A stretch of DNA of 64,000 nucleotides, taken from positions 9,052,001 through 9,116,000 of the forward strand of contig NC_042999.1 in NCBI RefSeq assembly GCF_006345805.1. The letters are read 5' to 3'. This document shows, in pieces, positions 37,303 through 51,252 of this stretch; positions within the stretch are counted from its first letter, which is position 1, and every line of letters begins with the position of its first letter. The DNA comes from Octopus sinensis (Eukaryota). Both the position numbers and the translations under genes were made by a program. Under the pieces are notes generated by a model. That model searched no databases. It had not been told where the DNA came from and worked only from the letters and a program-made list of their open reading frames with translations.

Positions 37303-37749
37303 CTGCTTATATTTAGAATATACGTATCCCTGATTTAACTCGAGGCTCCACTGAGTTACTTATAAAAGCAATGATCGAAATCTGAAGCGGAATATGCTTT
37401 GGTTTATAACTGCATGCGTGGGCAGTCCACCACCCACTGAGATGATGCACAAACTGTTGTGTGCAGTAATCATTTTTAAAATTCTTGTGTAAACACTATT
37501 TCCTGGGGATATAATACAAAGTATGCAAACAGCAGTGTGCGCCTGCATTTGCGCGGGTGTATATCGTCACCAAAGACTTGCGTTATATCGTGTTTGAGAT
37601 GATGGAGATAAGAGACATCGGATGATCTGCAAAGAATATATACCCACGCAGTCTGACCAATTTTACACAAGGATGCTGCAAGGTAAATGGATTCGGTACG
37701 AAATCGATTGTAACATTCTAACTAGTAAGATGCCGTAACCAGTATTAGG

Positions 37750-37765
37750 TGTATGTGTGTGTTTA

Positions 37766-37799
<34 letters not shown>

Positions 37800-38092
37800 T
37801 GTGTGTGTGAGTGTGTGTGAGTGTGTGTGTGTGAGTGTCTGTGTGTGTGTGTCTGTGTGTGTGTGTCTGTGTGTGTGTGTATGTGTGTGTGAGTGTTTGT
37901 GTGTGTATGTGTGTGTGTGTGTGTATGTGTGTGTGTGAGAGTGTGTGTGTATATCTGTGTGTGTGAGTGTGTTTGTGTGTGTTTGTGTGTGTGTCTGTGT
38001 GTCTGTTTGTGTGTGTGTCTGTGTGTCTGTGTGTGTGTGTCTGTGTGTCTGTGTGTTTGTGTGTGTGTGTCTGTGTCTGTGTGTGTGTGTGA
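37750..38092. repeat. Compound (TG)n microsatellite
   Basis: Directly visible; source of HT/CV ORFs. Confidence 0.95.
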
Positions 38093-39329
38093 GTTGTAGT
38101 AATGTGCAGTTAACAAACGGCTTTTTTGTTGCAACCATTTAATTTCGTTTGCTCTCTTTTAAATCTATTCGTTTGAATCGACGTAGAAGTCTACATCCAC
38201 CAATAAAGAAATCAAATCAATAACATCTGATACCTAGTAATATCCATTCAGACTTGAGATGATTTATTCTGCTCCTTATTATAAATATTTATACACCAAT
38301 CTCTGTAGTGATATTTTGAAATGAATTCTCTTTTACGAATGAACTTTTTGCTAATTTGCATTTTACTAATAAAGTTTACGCAAACACCTTTCTATCAATC
38401 ATCAATTTCATTTAAACTTATTTGCTATTCTTGTTGTGTCTTGGGTGGGTCATTACACCAGCAATAATAGTACACACACGCTGCTTCAATTTCACTTCTG
38501 TATAGTTAGTCAATTGGTTAAATACATACCCAACAAACAAATTAATCTTTTGTTGCATGTACAAGTTAAACAAGGAACCGGTCGTCTATTAGTCGAAATT
38601 CATTCGTTGCTGCTAGTGATCTTTTCAGTGACCCAGTGACTTCCTAGACTCTCGTTCCTGAATATAATTTATGTATATATTTTAATATCAATAGGATTTA
38701 CAATTAAATTTCGATGGCTTCACGTTCTAAATAAAAATTTCGAAATATTTAATTTCCTTATCTTTTGTAGCAGTTCCTCCGATCTTCAATGGTTGACCCT
38801 TTTCTATATCAAAAGCTACGAAGCACCTTAACAATTCTTTATAAGACAATTTCGTACGTATTCTTCCTTTGGGTTTCCATAACAACAGTGTCAAGAACTA
38901 TTTATCTTACGGATTCAATCGCTTGTCGAGAGGGAAAATATTGAAACAACAACGTTGTAAAGTATATGTTCAAACTTACTGAAAGCATTTCGTTGTTTCA
39001 GCGATCTGACAGCGTTAATTATCTTGAACTAACTGAAGAGAAAATTCTTAAGGCGATATAAGGATGTTACCTACGTTAGAACGGTTCCCTAGCTGGCGGG
39101 GGAGGGGATATATCTCTCAACCAACTATTTCAGAAGAAGAAGAAAGAAAATCTAAAATAGCTCTCTCCAGTTTCCATTTTCTAGAACTAAAATTATCAGA
39201 TTGCCTTCGGCGTTGATACAAAGTAGCGACGAGGCGTGAGAAATCATTCAGCCAGGAATATCATCAAGCCAAAATCATAAAATCATTAAGGGAATAAAAC
39301 ACTCTACGACAAAGGCATTTTCTAAAGTA

Positions 39330-39393
39330 CACGCGCACACACATACACAAACACACACAAACACAAACACACACACACACATACATACATATA

Positions 39394-39437
<44 letters not shown>

Positions 39438-39562
39438 TAATATATATATATATATAGATATATACATATATATATACACACATATATATATATATGTATG
39501 TATATATGTATGTATATATGTATGTATATGTGTATGTATATATATATGTATATGTATATATG

Positions 39563-39595
<33 letters not shown>

Positions 39596-39610
39596 ATATA
39601 TATATTTGTA

Positions 39611-39669
<59 letters not shown>
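39330..39669. repeat. Compound (CA)/(TA)/(TATG) microsatellite
   Basis: Directly visible. Confidence 0.95.
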
Positions 39670-40715
39670 CTGCCACTAATAGTTCTTGCCAAAGAGACAC
39701 GTGGTTAGGCAGATTTTGATAACGTGCCTGAAACAAAGCACCATGAAAAAAGCTGTCTGACCATGAGGCGATGTCTAACATAGAAACACATCTCCATCAT
39801 TTAGATTTATGTAGCAATAACGGGGAAAATTATTTATTCGACATTTAGCCGAGTATTGAGTAGTTACAGTTTTCCGTTTACCAATCAACTTTGCCGATTG
39901 CATTTCAGCTTCTCATATTCCCCATAAAATATCACCCTTTCCAAATAACATTTCAATCATTTGCTAATATAGTTCACAAACAGCCATTCGTACACAAACA
40001 TTTATATAATCCGGGTGGTTTAGCTTTTAGTTTAGAAGTGGTTAACTCATAATCATTCGTTCTCGCCCGTTTTTGTAGCAAGCTTTATCATCTACGAGGC
40101 AGTTAATCTTTATAACTACAAACGTTGTAGTTTTTTTATCTCTGTTCTTTCTTGATATGAAGGTTTCTTTATGTTTATATTTGACGAGGTTGTTCCATTG
40201 CAATTTCTTTTTCGTATTTCCTTTATAGTCTGTGTTTGAAGTTTGATCAAACAAATATGCTGTAGAAGGACACTTTAAAACGTGCACCGACTGTCGTGAC
40301 AAGTCACCGAAAATTTATCATCGCTAGAAATGTCCACACTTGACTACTATGCTCGACGAAGTTAGGCATCAACTATCGTAGATCCAAATAATTTATTGTT
40401 CAGAATCCATACCACTATCTCGATAAATTGAACAGAGAAAACATAACTTGCATTTTATGCTATAAAATTTACATATGTTTAAGCCTGTTGGCCCAGATGA
40501 AGTACACAATACAACGGCTTGAGAAGACGAGTCGACTGCGTTGTCACGTTGAGTAATAGTGCCAACCGGTTTGTGTAATAACGGCATTTGGGTAACTGAA
40601 ACACTTGTAAGTTATACAGAACATAGCGATTGCATTTTCTGTGTTCATTCGTTTCTGTCCTGCTCTCTCTCTCTCTCTCTCCCCCCCTCTCTCTCCCTCT
40701 CCCCCCCTCTCTCTC

Positions 40716-40761
<46 letters not shown>

Positions 40762-40771
40762 TATATAGATT

Positions 40772-40816
<45 letters not shown>

Positions 40817-40888
40817 ATAGAAAAAGAGTGACAAACAGACAGATAGTACTCATGTATTTATATGTGCATATATATATATATAATATAT

Positions 40889-41042
40889 ATTTATTTTATA
40901 GAAGGAGCTTCTACAGGACTAGAACTGTTTCATCAAAGAAACAGTTCTAGTCCTGTAGAAGCTCCTTCTATAAAATAAATTAATTTACTCTGCTATGTAT
41001 TGAGTACCTTATTTACTGTGGTTAACCCCGACTCAACCCTAC
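40889..41042 (+). mobile_element. Perfect 43-bp-arm hairpin plus tail between (TA)n tracts (probable pLTR end)
   Basis: 40889-40931 pairs with 40938-40980; contains GAAAC..GTC half-hammerhead. Confidence 0.55.
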
Positions 41043-41459
41043 ATATATATATATAACAGTTCTTGTGAAATATCAAAGACGACTTTGACAGAAAAAAATA
41101 TCTACATGAGGAAAATGTACACACACACACAAACACACATCTTTACATACGTGTGTGTGTATCTGTGTGTGTGGTGGGGAGGACCCATTGGCTACATATG
41201 TGTATGTACATTTATCGACAAGAACCAAATTAGATATTACGCCTGATAATTATTAATCAAGTACCCGTATGTATTTTATGGAGAAAAATACTCAGATTTA
41301 ATGTGATGTGGCTTTTGCCGATCACTGAAAATCGCTTCGTGAAATCGGCTAAAAATATACACCCGGCTAAATTATGCTTGCCCCACAAATTATGTTTGCA
41401 TAAATTTCGTTTTATTGATCTCACTAAGCTTCCAGGTATGATTTAATGGCGTATAAAGA

Positions 41460-41612
41460 TGCATACATACACATACATACATACATACATACATACATAC
41501 ATACATACATACATACATACATACATACATACATACATACACACACATACATACATACATAATACATACATACATACATACATACATACATACATACATA
41601 CATACATACATT
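41460..41612. repeat. (CATA)n microsatellite
   Basis: Directly visible. Confidence 0.95.
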
Positions 41613-41857
41613 ATAGCTGCCCCCTCAGTTATCGAGTATGGCCATTGCATGAAGCTTAACTGTTATTGGTGCTGTGATCGAATGTGACTTTTTAGCCCAG
41701 CTAAATATCGACAATGTCTTGTACAGAATTGGCAACTAAAACCTTTACTGGTATTAGCCGGCTGTAGTTGTAACTGGGCTTCATGTATCTTTGCATGTCG
41801 TTTAAGTCCTCCTGCCGAATTACACTCTCTTCATACATACATACATACACATATATA

Positions 41858-42022
41858 CTACGGGCTTCTTTCAGTTTCCGTCTATCAAATCCACTCACAA
41901 GTTCTGGTCGGCTCGAGGCTATATTAGAAGACACTTGCCCAAGGTGTCATGCAGTGGGACTGAACCCGGAACCATGTGGTTGGTAAGCACATTACTTACC
42001 ACCCAGCCACTCCTACGTGCCT
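41858..42022 (-). mobile_element. SINE family A 5' half
   Basis: Head and core homology. Confidence 0.8.
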
Positions 42023-42032
42023 ATATATATAA

Positions 42033-42103
<71 letters not shown>

Positions 42104-43029
42104 TGTATTTGTGTGTGTATAACTACCTTGCCTTTCTCCCGTCACTCAAAACGTAAAGACTATTCTATTAATTCCTCACAAATCACCATTCTTTCCAGTG
42201 TATTAAATTTCATCATTAAACTGTCACTACAGAATGATGAATAAATCGATATCCAATTGTTAATATGAATTATCGTGGCGATAATAGTAGCATGTAGATG
42301 ATAATAAAAGAAAGAAGAAAAAGAGCTGATGGTGGGAGATGTAAACGTGGAGCTAGTCCCTGCCAGTTGCCTCTAAGAGAAATATAATGTTCATACAATG
42401 TCCACAATTGGTGAATACACTTGCTTTTTCTTCTTTTTGTTTTTTTGTCCTTTCTGTCGTGATATGTCCACTCCGTCACAGATATAGCCATAACGATATA
42501 TTACGGATATTTAGACCCATATGTTCTCATGCACGTGAGTGGGTGTCAATATATAAAGACGTGTACGTGTGTGCAGGTTTATATGTGTGTATATGCACCC
42601 ATTAATTTTCCTTTAGATAATGAACCACTCTGTTTGCGAATGCGTGCTTGTTGTGTGTGTGTGTGCGTGTGTGAATATGACCAGAACATGGAAAACAAAA
42701 TGAAAGACTTCCCTTTGTTTGTCTTTTTCTGTGATAGCGCAAACTAGTTCCCACATGCAACTCTCATGTGGCATTTCATTTATTGGTCCAAATGTTTCAC
42801 AAAGATTATTCAATGGTCTCCTCGTAAGCGTTATGTGAATTGAGATATTTTGCGAGTTGATAAGGATATAGAGCGTGTTGTGTGTGTATGCCTGTGCGTG
42901 TAAGTGTGTGTACGTGTGTGTGTATGTGTGTGTGTGTAAAAATATCTTTCGAGGTTTCTCGACTACAAATTAGTCGACCAAACTTTTGAAGTAAATTGAA
43001 AACTGCTTTATGAGTTTTCAGTTTTTGTT

Positions 43030-43790
43030 CATCTTCTCCTTATCATAACGAGTCTCCATCTATTGCTGGTGCTGCCAGCCCTTCCTTTTGCATACTCCAC
43101 CTTCTACCTATTCCATTTACAAAGACCTTGTATTTTAGCAGTTTATCGATTGCTTCCGAGCGTTGTCTTGATAAGAAGGCATTGTTATTTCTACAGATAT
43201 TTTGTTCTCATCCTTAGTAGCAATTTTTCGATGAGTTCTCCTCATCTCCTTCGCCATTCACTAACGACATGCCTGAGATGAATATAGCCAGTTTATTATC
43301 ATGCAAGAAGACTCGTATATGCTGATGCCATTTTTATCCAGTTTCCATTCGATCTGTGAATGTAACTACCGAATTAACCGTATAGGGGATGTGGTCGGAT
43401 TATGCAAATCCTGAGCAGCCAGATATGTCAGTGTCGCAATGTAACCGTTGCAAAATCCTCACTTAATATTTAGCCTATCCTGTCATTATTTTCTACTCAG
43501 ACTTTTCTCAAACCAGGCAGTAATCATGACCAGCTACCAAATAATCTTGCTTCTTTCAACCAAGAGTTTTGACGGGTTTTTTTAAAGGTTTCATTTGGTT
43601 TTCATCCTCATTATAAATTTCTGCAGAAAACTCAGCATCCAGTGGTTTCTATTTTCTTTTAGTAACATTTGGAATTCAGTTTTGAAATTTTCTAATGTTT
43701 TATCCATATCAAATCCGTTTTCCTTCAGCTTCTACTTTGTACTTTATTGTTCCTTTATATAGAAATGTTGGCACTAATTAGATTATGTTG
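43030..43790 (-). mobile_element. Highly degenerate R4/Dong-like LINE fragment
   Basis: Scattered motifs SWLKEARLFG, ISGCSGFA, GSYIH in shifting frames. Confidence 0.4.
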
Positions 43791-44011
43791 GAGATTTCGC
43801 ACTTACGCAGGTGTTTCGTGATGAATGCAAATGAGCAGCGTTGTAGTCAAAGCGAAAGGGAGAGAACTTAACCCTTCAGAGCCAATGACAATTCACTCAT
43901 GTGTCTTTTGTTGGCTCTTACTAAATTTTTAATTGTATTAGAATTTTAACACAAAACGGTTATTGATATATATATATATATGTGTATGTATGTATGTATA
44001 TATATATATAT

Positions 44012-44229
44012 CTTTTACTCTTTTACTTTTTTCAGTCATTTGACTGTGGCCATGCTGGAGCACCGCCTTTAGTCGAGCAAACCGACCCCAGGACTTATTA
44101 TTTGTAAGCGTAGTACTTACTCTATCGGTTTATTTTGCCGAACAGCTAAGTTACGCGGACGTAAACACAACACCATCGGTAGTCAAGAGATGTTGAGGGA
44201 TGCAAACACAGACACACAAACATGCATAC

Positions 44230-44282
<53 letters not shown>

Positions 44283-44447
44283 TACGACAAGCTTCTTTCA
44301 GTTTCTGTCTACCAAATCCACTCACAAGGCTTTGGTCGGCCCGAGGCTATAGTAGAAGACACTTGCCCAAGGTGCCACGCAGTGGGACTGAACCCGAAAC
44401 CATGTGGTTGGTAAGCAAGCTACTTACCACACAGCCACTCCTACGCA
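44012..44447 (-). mobile_element. SINE family A, full length
   Basis: Homology. Confidence 0.9.
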
Positions 44448-44509
44448 CATATACATATATATATATATGTATGTATGTATGTATATATATTATATATATA
44501 TATATATGT

Positions 44510-44718
44510 GTGTGTGTCTTTATGTCTGTTTCCTCTCATCACCGCTTGACAACCGTCGTTGGTGTATTTATGTCCACCTAACTTAGCAGTTCGGCAATAG
44601 AATAAGTATTACGTTCAATAAAAATGTCCCGGGGTGGATTTGTTCAACTAACAACCCTGGACGGAGGTGCTCCAGCATGACAGTAGTGAAATGACTGAAA
44701 CAAGTGACAGAATTAAAG
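44510..44718 (+). mobile_element. SINE family A 3' part
   Basis: Tail homology. Confidence 0.7.
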
Positions 44719-44804
44719 AATATATGTATATACACGTTCTTCTACATGAAAACACACACACGCACACACACCCACTAACATACACATACAAACACACACA
44801 TATA

Positions 44805-45026
44805 CGTTAGGCTCACGATCGTAAGACGTGAGTTCGATTCTGGGCGGCGCGTTGTGTCCTTGAGCAAGACACTTTATTTCACATATGGCAAGAATGAATT
44901 GTACCTGTAATACAAAGGGGCCAGCCTTCTCGCATTCTGTGTCACGCCGAATCTCCCTCAGAATCACGTTAAGGATACGCGTATCTTTGTGGAGTACTCA
45001 GCCTCTTGCACGTTAATTTCACGAGA
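44805..45026 (+). mobile_element. SINE family E (truncated)
   Basis: GTGTCCTTGAGCAAGACAC core joined to C-type TGTACCTGTA..CAAAGGG tail. Confidence 0.75.
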
Positions 45027-45042
45027 AGACCATATATATATG

Positions 45043-45550
45043 AATTAGAAAAATAACAACTTTTATCAATTCAAAATGAAAAAATTATATTACACCATCT
45101 AGAAAATTATTATTCCAAACTTACAGGGAAAAATTCAATTTAGAAATACTAAATCAAATTTCACGAGAAGACCATATCAATTCAAAATGAAAAAAATATA
45201 TTACACCATCTAGAAAATTACATATAATAGAAATATTAAATATAAGATAAAAAAATAATATACCGATGATTAAGTAAAGTGCAAAATAATAAATAAAACG
45301 TATATATTTGTATACGTTTTATTTATTATTTTGCACATTACTTAATCATCGGTATATTATTTTTTATCTTATATTTAATATTTCTATTAAATGTAATTTT
45401 CTAGATGGTGTAATATAATTGTTCATTTTGAATTAATAAAAGGTGGGTTTTTTCTAATTTATATATATATTATATTTTGTGAAATTTGATTTAGTATTTC
45501 TAAATTGAATTTTTCCCTGTAAGTTTGGAATAATATTCCCTCAAATTATT
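45043..45550. mobile_element. Large AT-rich palindrome with partial duplication; pLTR-like end
   Basis: Centre at 45305-45310, arms over 125 bp; 45480-45550 resembles 8622-8692. Confidence 0.55.
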
Positions 45551-45569
45551 ATTATTATTGATATATATG

Positions 45570-45613
<44 letters not shown>

Positions 45614-46200
45614 TGTTTTGTTATCATAGTTATGGATATTTAGGTTTTCATACACAATAAAAAAACTAATGAATCTGCACATTTAATATTATTCTGGCCT
45701 TTATACTTAAATTGTTATCAATTTTGTCATAAGCCGGGGTATTTGTTTCAACGTTGTCGAGTTTCACATCCGCCATTTCTTTTTGTCTACGTTTTTATGC
45801 AACCAATTTGAAAAGAAGCGTTTCCTTGTTATCTTTGGACAAAATGCTGCAGCTTTGTGTGCAGGGAATAAATTGGTCTGGCGCTAATGTAAATACACAT
45901 CCTTTTAATTTTTTATAAGAAGTGTCAGGTCGCTGACCTCTATCAATGAAAATTTATGTTACATGAATTATCCGAGATAATGAGGATTAAATATTCCGCT
46001 TATTTCTTACGTATTTATTCTGCATTTCTGAAGTTATAGTTTCGATCCTATTCCATTGTTCTTTTATCGGTGTCGTTGAATAATTTGTGCAGCAAAATGT
46101 TACTCGTTTCTCGGTGTAATCTCAGCTATAATCACTTCTCCTACATCGATGGAATTCCCTTCCAACGATTCAGACAATCATCATCATCATCATCATCATT

Positions 46201-46587
46201 GCCTTTGCACAGCTTCTAACGCTGGAGATGTACTACGGTGTCAACTGTTCACTACCAGTGAACTAAGGTAATACCTTTTATTTTTCGAGCGCCTTCTGGA
46301 ATATTCGAGCGGTTCCAAGCAATGCTGTTTTCTGCAAGTGATCCACGCTTATCGCAGCCCCTATTTCTTCCATGTATTTCTCAAGATTTTTACTCGCTGC
46401 TTCCAGGGCTCCAACAATTACTCGTACTACTGCTACCTTTTCCATCGACAACAACTGCTTAACTTCCCAAGCTAACCTGTCATATCTCTCGAATTTTCTT
46501 TCTTCCTTATCAGCTGGGTATGCTATATCTATGATCCAGCATAGTTTTTTTCTTTCTCAATTAAGACTATGTCTGGCTTCCTATTCT
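46201..46587 (-). mobile_element. R4/Dong-type LINE 3' end (second family)
   Basis: RKPDIVLIEK../CWIIDIAYP..KFERYDRLAWEVKQL..VIVGAL..LQKTALLGTARIF; flanked by (AAT)n and (GAT)n. Confidence 0.85.
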
Positions 46588-46621
46588 ATTATTATTCTAT
46601 TATTATTATTATCATTGTTAC

Positions 46622-46667
<46 letters not shown>

Positions 46668-46860
46668 GGCAGAATCGTTAGCGAGCCGGGCGAAATAGTT
46701 AGTGGTATTTCGCATACCTCTACGTTATGAGTTCAATTTCCCCCGAAGTCGACTTCGCTTTCACCATTTCGGAGTCGATAAATGAAGTACCAGTTGAGTA
46801 CTGGGGCCGATGTGAACGACTGTCCTCCTCCTCTTTAGAAAATTCAGGCCCTCTGACTAT
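46668..46860 (+). mobile_element. SINE family B (degenerate)
   Basis: Homology. Confidence 0.7.
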
Positions 46861-47266
46861 AGGATTGTTGTTGTTGCTGTTGTTTTTCTATCAACTATGC
46901 CACCACCCTGAACCCCATGATCATTATTAACGGAAATCCCATCCTATTTACAAAAGAAAACGATAACAAACACAACAAAATGATAACAAACGGAACAGGC
47001 TAGTCTCTATGAGAATAGACTAATTTTTTATGGGTCAATAATGACACTTTAGATACAGATAACAAATATTTAAACAAATTAAGTTGCTTTGTCTCTTTGA
47101 TTCACCATAAATCCGACAAGTTGAATTTAGAATCCAAGCAAATACTGATGAATATCGTATCATATGACGGAGCTGATGTGATCTGGTGTATACTGCGTAA
47201 AATATGATATATCGTCTTATATTGCAATGCTGTACGCTGTAATGCTGAATGTTATATATATACTTT

Positions 47267-47646
47267 GGAGGCGCAATGACCCAGTGGTTAGGGTAGCGGA
47301 CTCGCGGTCATAGGATCGCGGTTTCGATTCCCAGACCGGGCGTTGTGAGTGTTTTTTTGAGCGAAAACACCTAAAAGCTCCACGAGGCTCCGGCAGGGGA
47401 TGGTGGTGATCCCTGCTGTACTCTTTCACCACAACTTTCTCTCACTCTTACTTCCTGTTTCTGTTGTACCTGTATTTCAAAGGGCCGACCTTGTCACTCT
47501 CTGTGTCACGCTGAATATCCCCGAGAACTACGTTAAGGGTGCACGTGTCTGTGGAGTGCTCAGTCACTTACACGTTAATTTCACGAGCAGACTGTTCCGT
47601 TGATCGGATCAACCGGAACCCTCATCGTCGTAACCGACGGAGTGCT
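47267..47646 (+). mobile_element. tRNA-derived SINE family C, full length
   Basis: GGAGGCGCAATG.CCCAGTGGTTAGG..GGTTTCGATTCCC head; tail AACCGACGGAGTGC. Confidence 0.9.
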
Positions 47647-47860
47647 TCCACATATATACTTTAGATTGGCCGCTGTTGTTTTATATTGACAATGCGTATT
47701 GCTAAATGAAGCAGAACAATTTGTAAGACTGATTGTTAAGGCCGTTGACTACATTATAAGATGGAATGATAACGATGATGATGATGACGACGACGATTAT
47801 GATGACGATAATGATGGTGGCAATAAAGAGGTCGATAATGACTATAACATTTATCGCTTT

Positions 47861-48278
47861 AAGGCGGCGAGCTGGCAGAAACGTTAGCGCGCCGGGCGAA
47901 ATACTTAGCGGTATTTCGTCTGTCGTTACGTTCTGAGTTCATATTCCGCCGAGGTCGACTTTGCCTTTCATCTTTTCGGGGTCGATAAATAAAGTACCAG
48001 TTACGTACTGGGGTCGATGTAATCGACTTAATCCCTTTGTCTGTCTTTGTTTGTCCCCTCGGTGTTTAGCCCCTTGTGGGTAGTAAAGAAATAGGTATTT
48101 CGTCTGTCGTTACGTTCTGAGTTCAAATTCCGCCGAGGTCGACTTTGCCTTTCATCTTTTCGGGGTCGATAAATAAAGTACCAGTTACGTACTGGGGTCG
48201 ATGTAATCGACTTAATCCCTTTGTCTGTCCTTGTTTGTCCCCTCGGTGTTTAGCCCCTTGTGGGCAATAACGAAATAT
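47861..48278 (+). mobile_element. SINE B with one head and a 184-bp duplicated body
   Basis: GGTATTTCGTC at 47910 and 48094. Confidence 0.9.
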
Positions 48279-49014
48279 ATAACATTTATCGGTTTAGTAA
48301 TCACAAACACGAAATGCTGCATCGATTTCTTTCGTTTAAAAAACTTAAAAAGTTGGGCTTTCTAAACTGTTCCGTGAACAGAACTGAATCTTCAGAAAAA
48401 AATCATTACTTCCGGTTAATTAGTACCACTTAGAATGTCATTCCGAATAATTACGATCATTTAATATCAGTAGTCGAAACTCTTAAGGCATTCAGTAATC
48501 CTGGAACAGGAAAACTCTCTCTGGCTGATACGAAACTTCAATGATAATCCACCGCTAGGTCGGAAGGATTGAGTTGGATTTTATCACATCCAGTGTGTTT
48601 TGTTTGTTACTTAATTTCCAGAGGCCCACATCATGTGCTGCAAATAATGCCCCTTGAGGAGATGCCAACATTGGAAGACAAGACTTGAGCATCTTAGTAG
48701 TATACCATCCAAACTTTAATTCCTTGTAGAAATTAGAGAATTTACAGAGTGTGATTAAATTTCCACATTTTTACCATTTTTATTTTCTGCTGCGGACAAT
48801 AGAACAAGCGACGCGACTTTTATTAGTGAGACGACAGTTCGTTATTAATTGGACATCTAGATTTCCATTGTAGCAATTTCAGAAAAAAAGGCATTACATT
48901 TTTTATGGCTGACAGGTTGTTAATATATCTGTTTTAAAGTTACTAAGCTTGTCGTCGTTTAAATGTTTGGCCTTTTCCACTCTAGGAAATACATTGAAAT
49001 AATATTGGCGTAAA

Positions 49015-49200
49015 ATTTTGACACAAAGCCAGAAATTTCGAGAGTGGATATAAGTCGATTACATTGACCTCACTCCTCAATTGGTACTTGTTTTATCGAC
49101 CCCAAAAGGATGAAAGGAAAAGTCGATCTCGGAACGTCAAGACAGGCGGAATGTCGCTAAGCATTCTGTTCGCCATGCTAACGATTCTGCCAGTTCTCCG
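49015..49200 (-). mobile_element. SINE family B (degenerate)
   Basis: Homology. Confidence 0.65.
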
Positions 49201-49708
49201 GTTTACATACTGAAGTAATATTAATGCATCTGGTTGAAAAAGAAAAAAGACATTCATTAAGCCCTTGTTAATTGATATGTTAATTAATTACAACCAATGA
49301 ATATTTTGCGTGACGATATTCCTTTTTGATTAAATAAATCCCCTTATAATATTTGAGAACAAATTAGGAAGAATGAGCTTGTGAAAGAAATTTTTTTTTC
49401 TTAAGTTAATATTTTCTAAAGAAATATTAAGTAGACTGCGAGAATTTGCAGAATTGTTCAAAAATGTAGCAAAATTTCGTGAAATGAGAAACAATGAAAC
49501 GAAAGTATACACAAACTACAGGGAAAAAACTACAGAAGGCTTGTGTTATATGGTTTAAGAATATCTTTAAATCGTTATGTTAGAAAATATAAAATTTTGC
49601 GTTATAGTAACATAGTTTTGGAGAAATAATCAGTTTCGTATTTCAAGTTTCTTTACCTATATCGTGTCATGTCTTCGCTATGTTGTGAAATATGGAGTTC
49701 CATGCAGG

Positions 49709-49850
49709 GGGCGGCAATAAACTCAGAAGAGAGTAGTAATATCGAACCCCCACCTTCACCAATCACAAAAAATGGTCATTAAACGGTGATAATACTAGCG
49801 GTGCCCCAGCATGGCCACAGCCTTTGGGCTGAAACACATTACAGAATACA
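49709..49850 (+). mobile_element. Extreme 3' end of the same CR1-type LINE
   Basis: AAACTCAGAAGAGAGTAGTAATATCGAA..CCTTCACCAA matches 17366-17410; same GCGGTGCCCCAGCATGGCCACAG..CTGAAACA tail. Confidence 0.65.
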
Positions 49851-50099
49851 GAAATATCTACACATGTATATATAAGTATATATAATTGTCACAGACAGAT
49901 TTTATGACAAAGAGATAAGCGTGTTTCATTGGTCGTTTCTCCATAAACATCTCAAGTGTTATATTTCAACAGAATATTTTCATTTCTCGAACACTTTGAG
50001 CGAAACAGTCTCTATATAAACCGATTCTGTCTTCATTAAAACAATGAAACAAAAGATTCTTTCACCAAATCTAAAAACATCAACTAGTTTTCTTTTCTT

Positions 50100-50221
50100 T
50101 TCTTCTTTCCTGACCACGCATTTCTTATTTTAGTTGCTTTTTATTATTTTTACATTTTTTTTCTTCTTTCCTGACCACGCATTTCTTATTTTAGTTGCTT
50201 TTTATTATTTTTACATTTTTT
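50100..50221. repeat. 61-bp tandem duplication
   Basis: Directly visible. Confidence 0.9.
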
Positions 50222-50507
50222 TTTTTCATTTTTTTCTTTGCATAGCTTGTAGATATTTAATTTATAGTTTATTGGTAAATATAAAGACACAAAACGTTAG
50301 GAATTTTCCGTTGATTTAACACAAACATCGATCGTTATGAAGATACGAAACACAAACAATACATCGCAGAAACAATGACGAGAACAGAAACGAATCCGTC
50401 AGCAATATGCTTATCTTTACATTAATATTCAAGTTGCATTCAATTAATATTTAGCAGTATTTGAATATAAACCTGACGCATTATCTCAGTTCTTACAGTA
50501 ACTGGAT

Positions 50508-50817
50508 CTTCGTCTGTTACGACGAGGATGGTTCCAGTTGGTCCGATCAAGGATAAGCTCGATAATCGTTCAAGTGGCTGAGCGCTCCACAAATAAGCAT
50601 AAACTTAACGGAGTTCTTAGAGGGATTCAGCGTGACACGGAATGGGACAAGGCTGACCCTTTCAATTACAAACACGACTCATTTTTGCCAGCTTAGTGGA
50701 TTGGAGCAACACGAAATACAGTGACTTGCTCAAGAACACAACATGCAACCGGGAACTGAATCCACAATTTTACGATCGTGAACGGAATACCCTCACCACT
50801 AAACCACGCGCCTTCGC
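50508..50817 (-). mobile_element. SINE family E (D-type head and core + C-type tail)
   Basis: Head AAGGCGCGTGG..; TTCTTGAGCAAG core; tail matches family C. Confidence 0.75.
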
Positions 50818-50857
50818 TACAGCAATTACTTTTTGAATAACATTAATTTTATAATAG

Positions 50858-51252
50858 ACTAGCAGTATCGCCCGGCGTTGCTCGGGATTGTCTCGAACCT
50901 TTAGAATTGAAATTTTTGAAAAGTAAAAATTTTGCATTATGTAGCTTGTTATTCTCTTTAAGTGAACATTTTTCTGGTTGAAATGCATCGAGAAATGGCG
51001 ACACAGCAGTCAAAATATCGTAAAAAATAGGGATTTTCATAGAAAAAAAGCACCGTTTTGATGTAAATAACTTTTGATGCTAACATGGTCTGATTTGAAT
51101 TTTATCTTCTACGGAAGGAAGAGCAAGCCTTCTTCTATCATACTCTCAATTTTGGTCATCTTGCGCCGCAGGGTCTCGGAGGAGATAGTGTTAGTTGAAG
51201 GCTACCAAACCTGCCATACACAGACAACTTCAGCTTTATATAGAGAGAGATT
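50858..51252 (+). mobile_element. Helentron/HINE (DINE-1-like) non-autonomous element
   Basis: 5' ACTAGCAG + short palindrome CCCGGCGTTGCTCGGG; 3' CTTCAGCTTTATATAGAGAGAGATT. Confidence 0.6.

Noticed and set aside
37722-38142. Long ORFs such as HT/CV/YI/poly-H/poly-DG here and at 13441, 39264, 57030, 60759, 62531 and 63254-63992
   Set aside because: They are translations of di- and trinucleotide microsatellites, with no domain content.
47267-47345. tRNA genes at SINE heads
   Set aside because: A/B boxes continue into SINE bodies and no complete cloverleaf acceptor stem is present.
48340-48400. Minus-strand CTGAAGA..hairpin..GAAA
   Set aside because: No stem I complement after the putative cleavage site.
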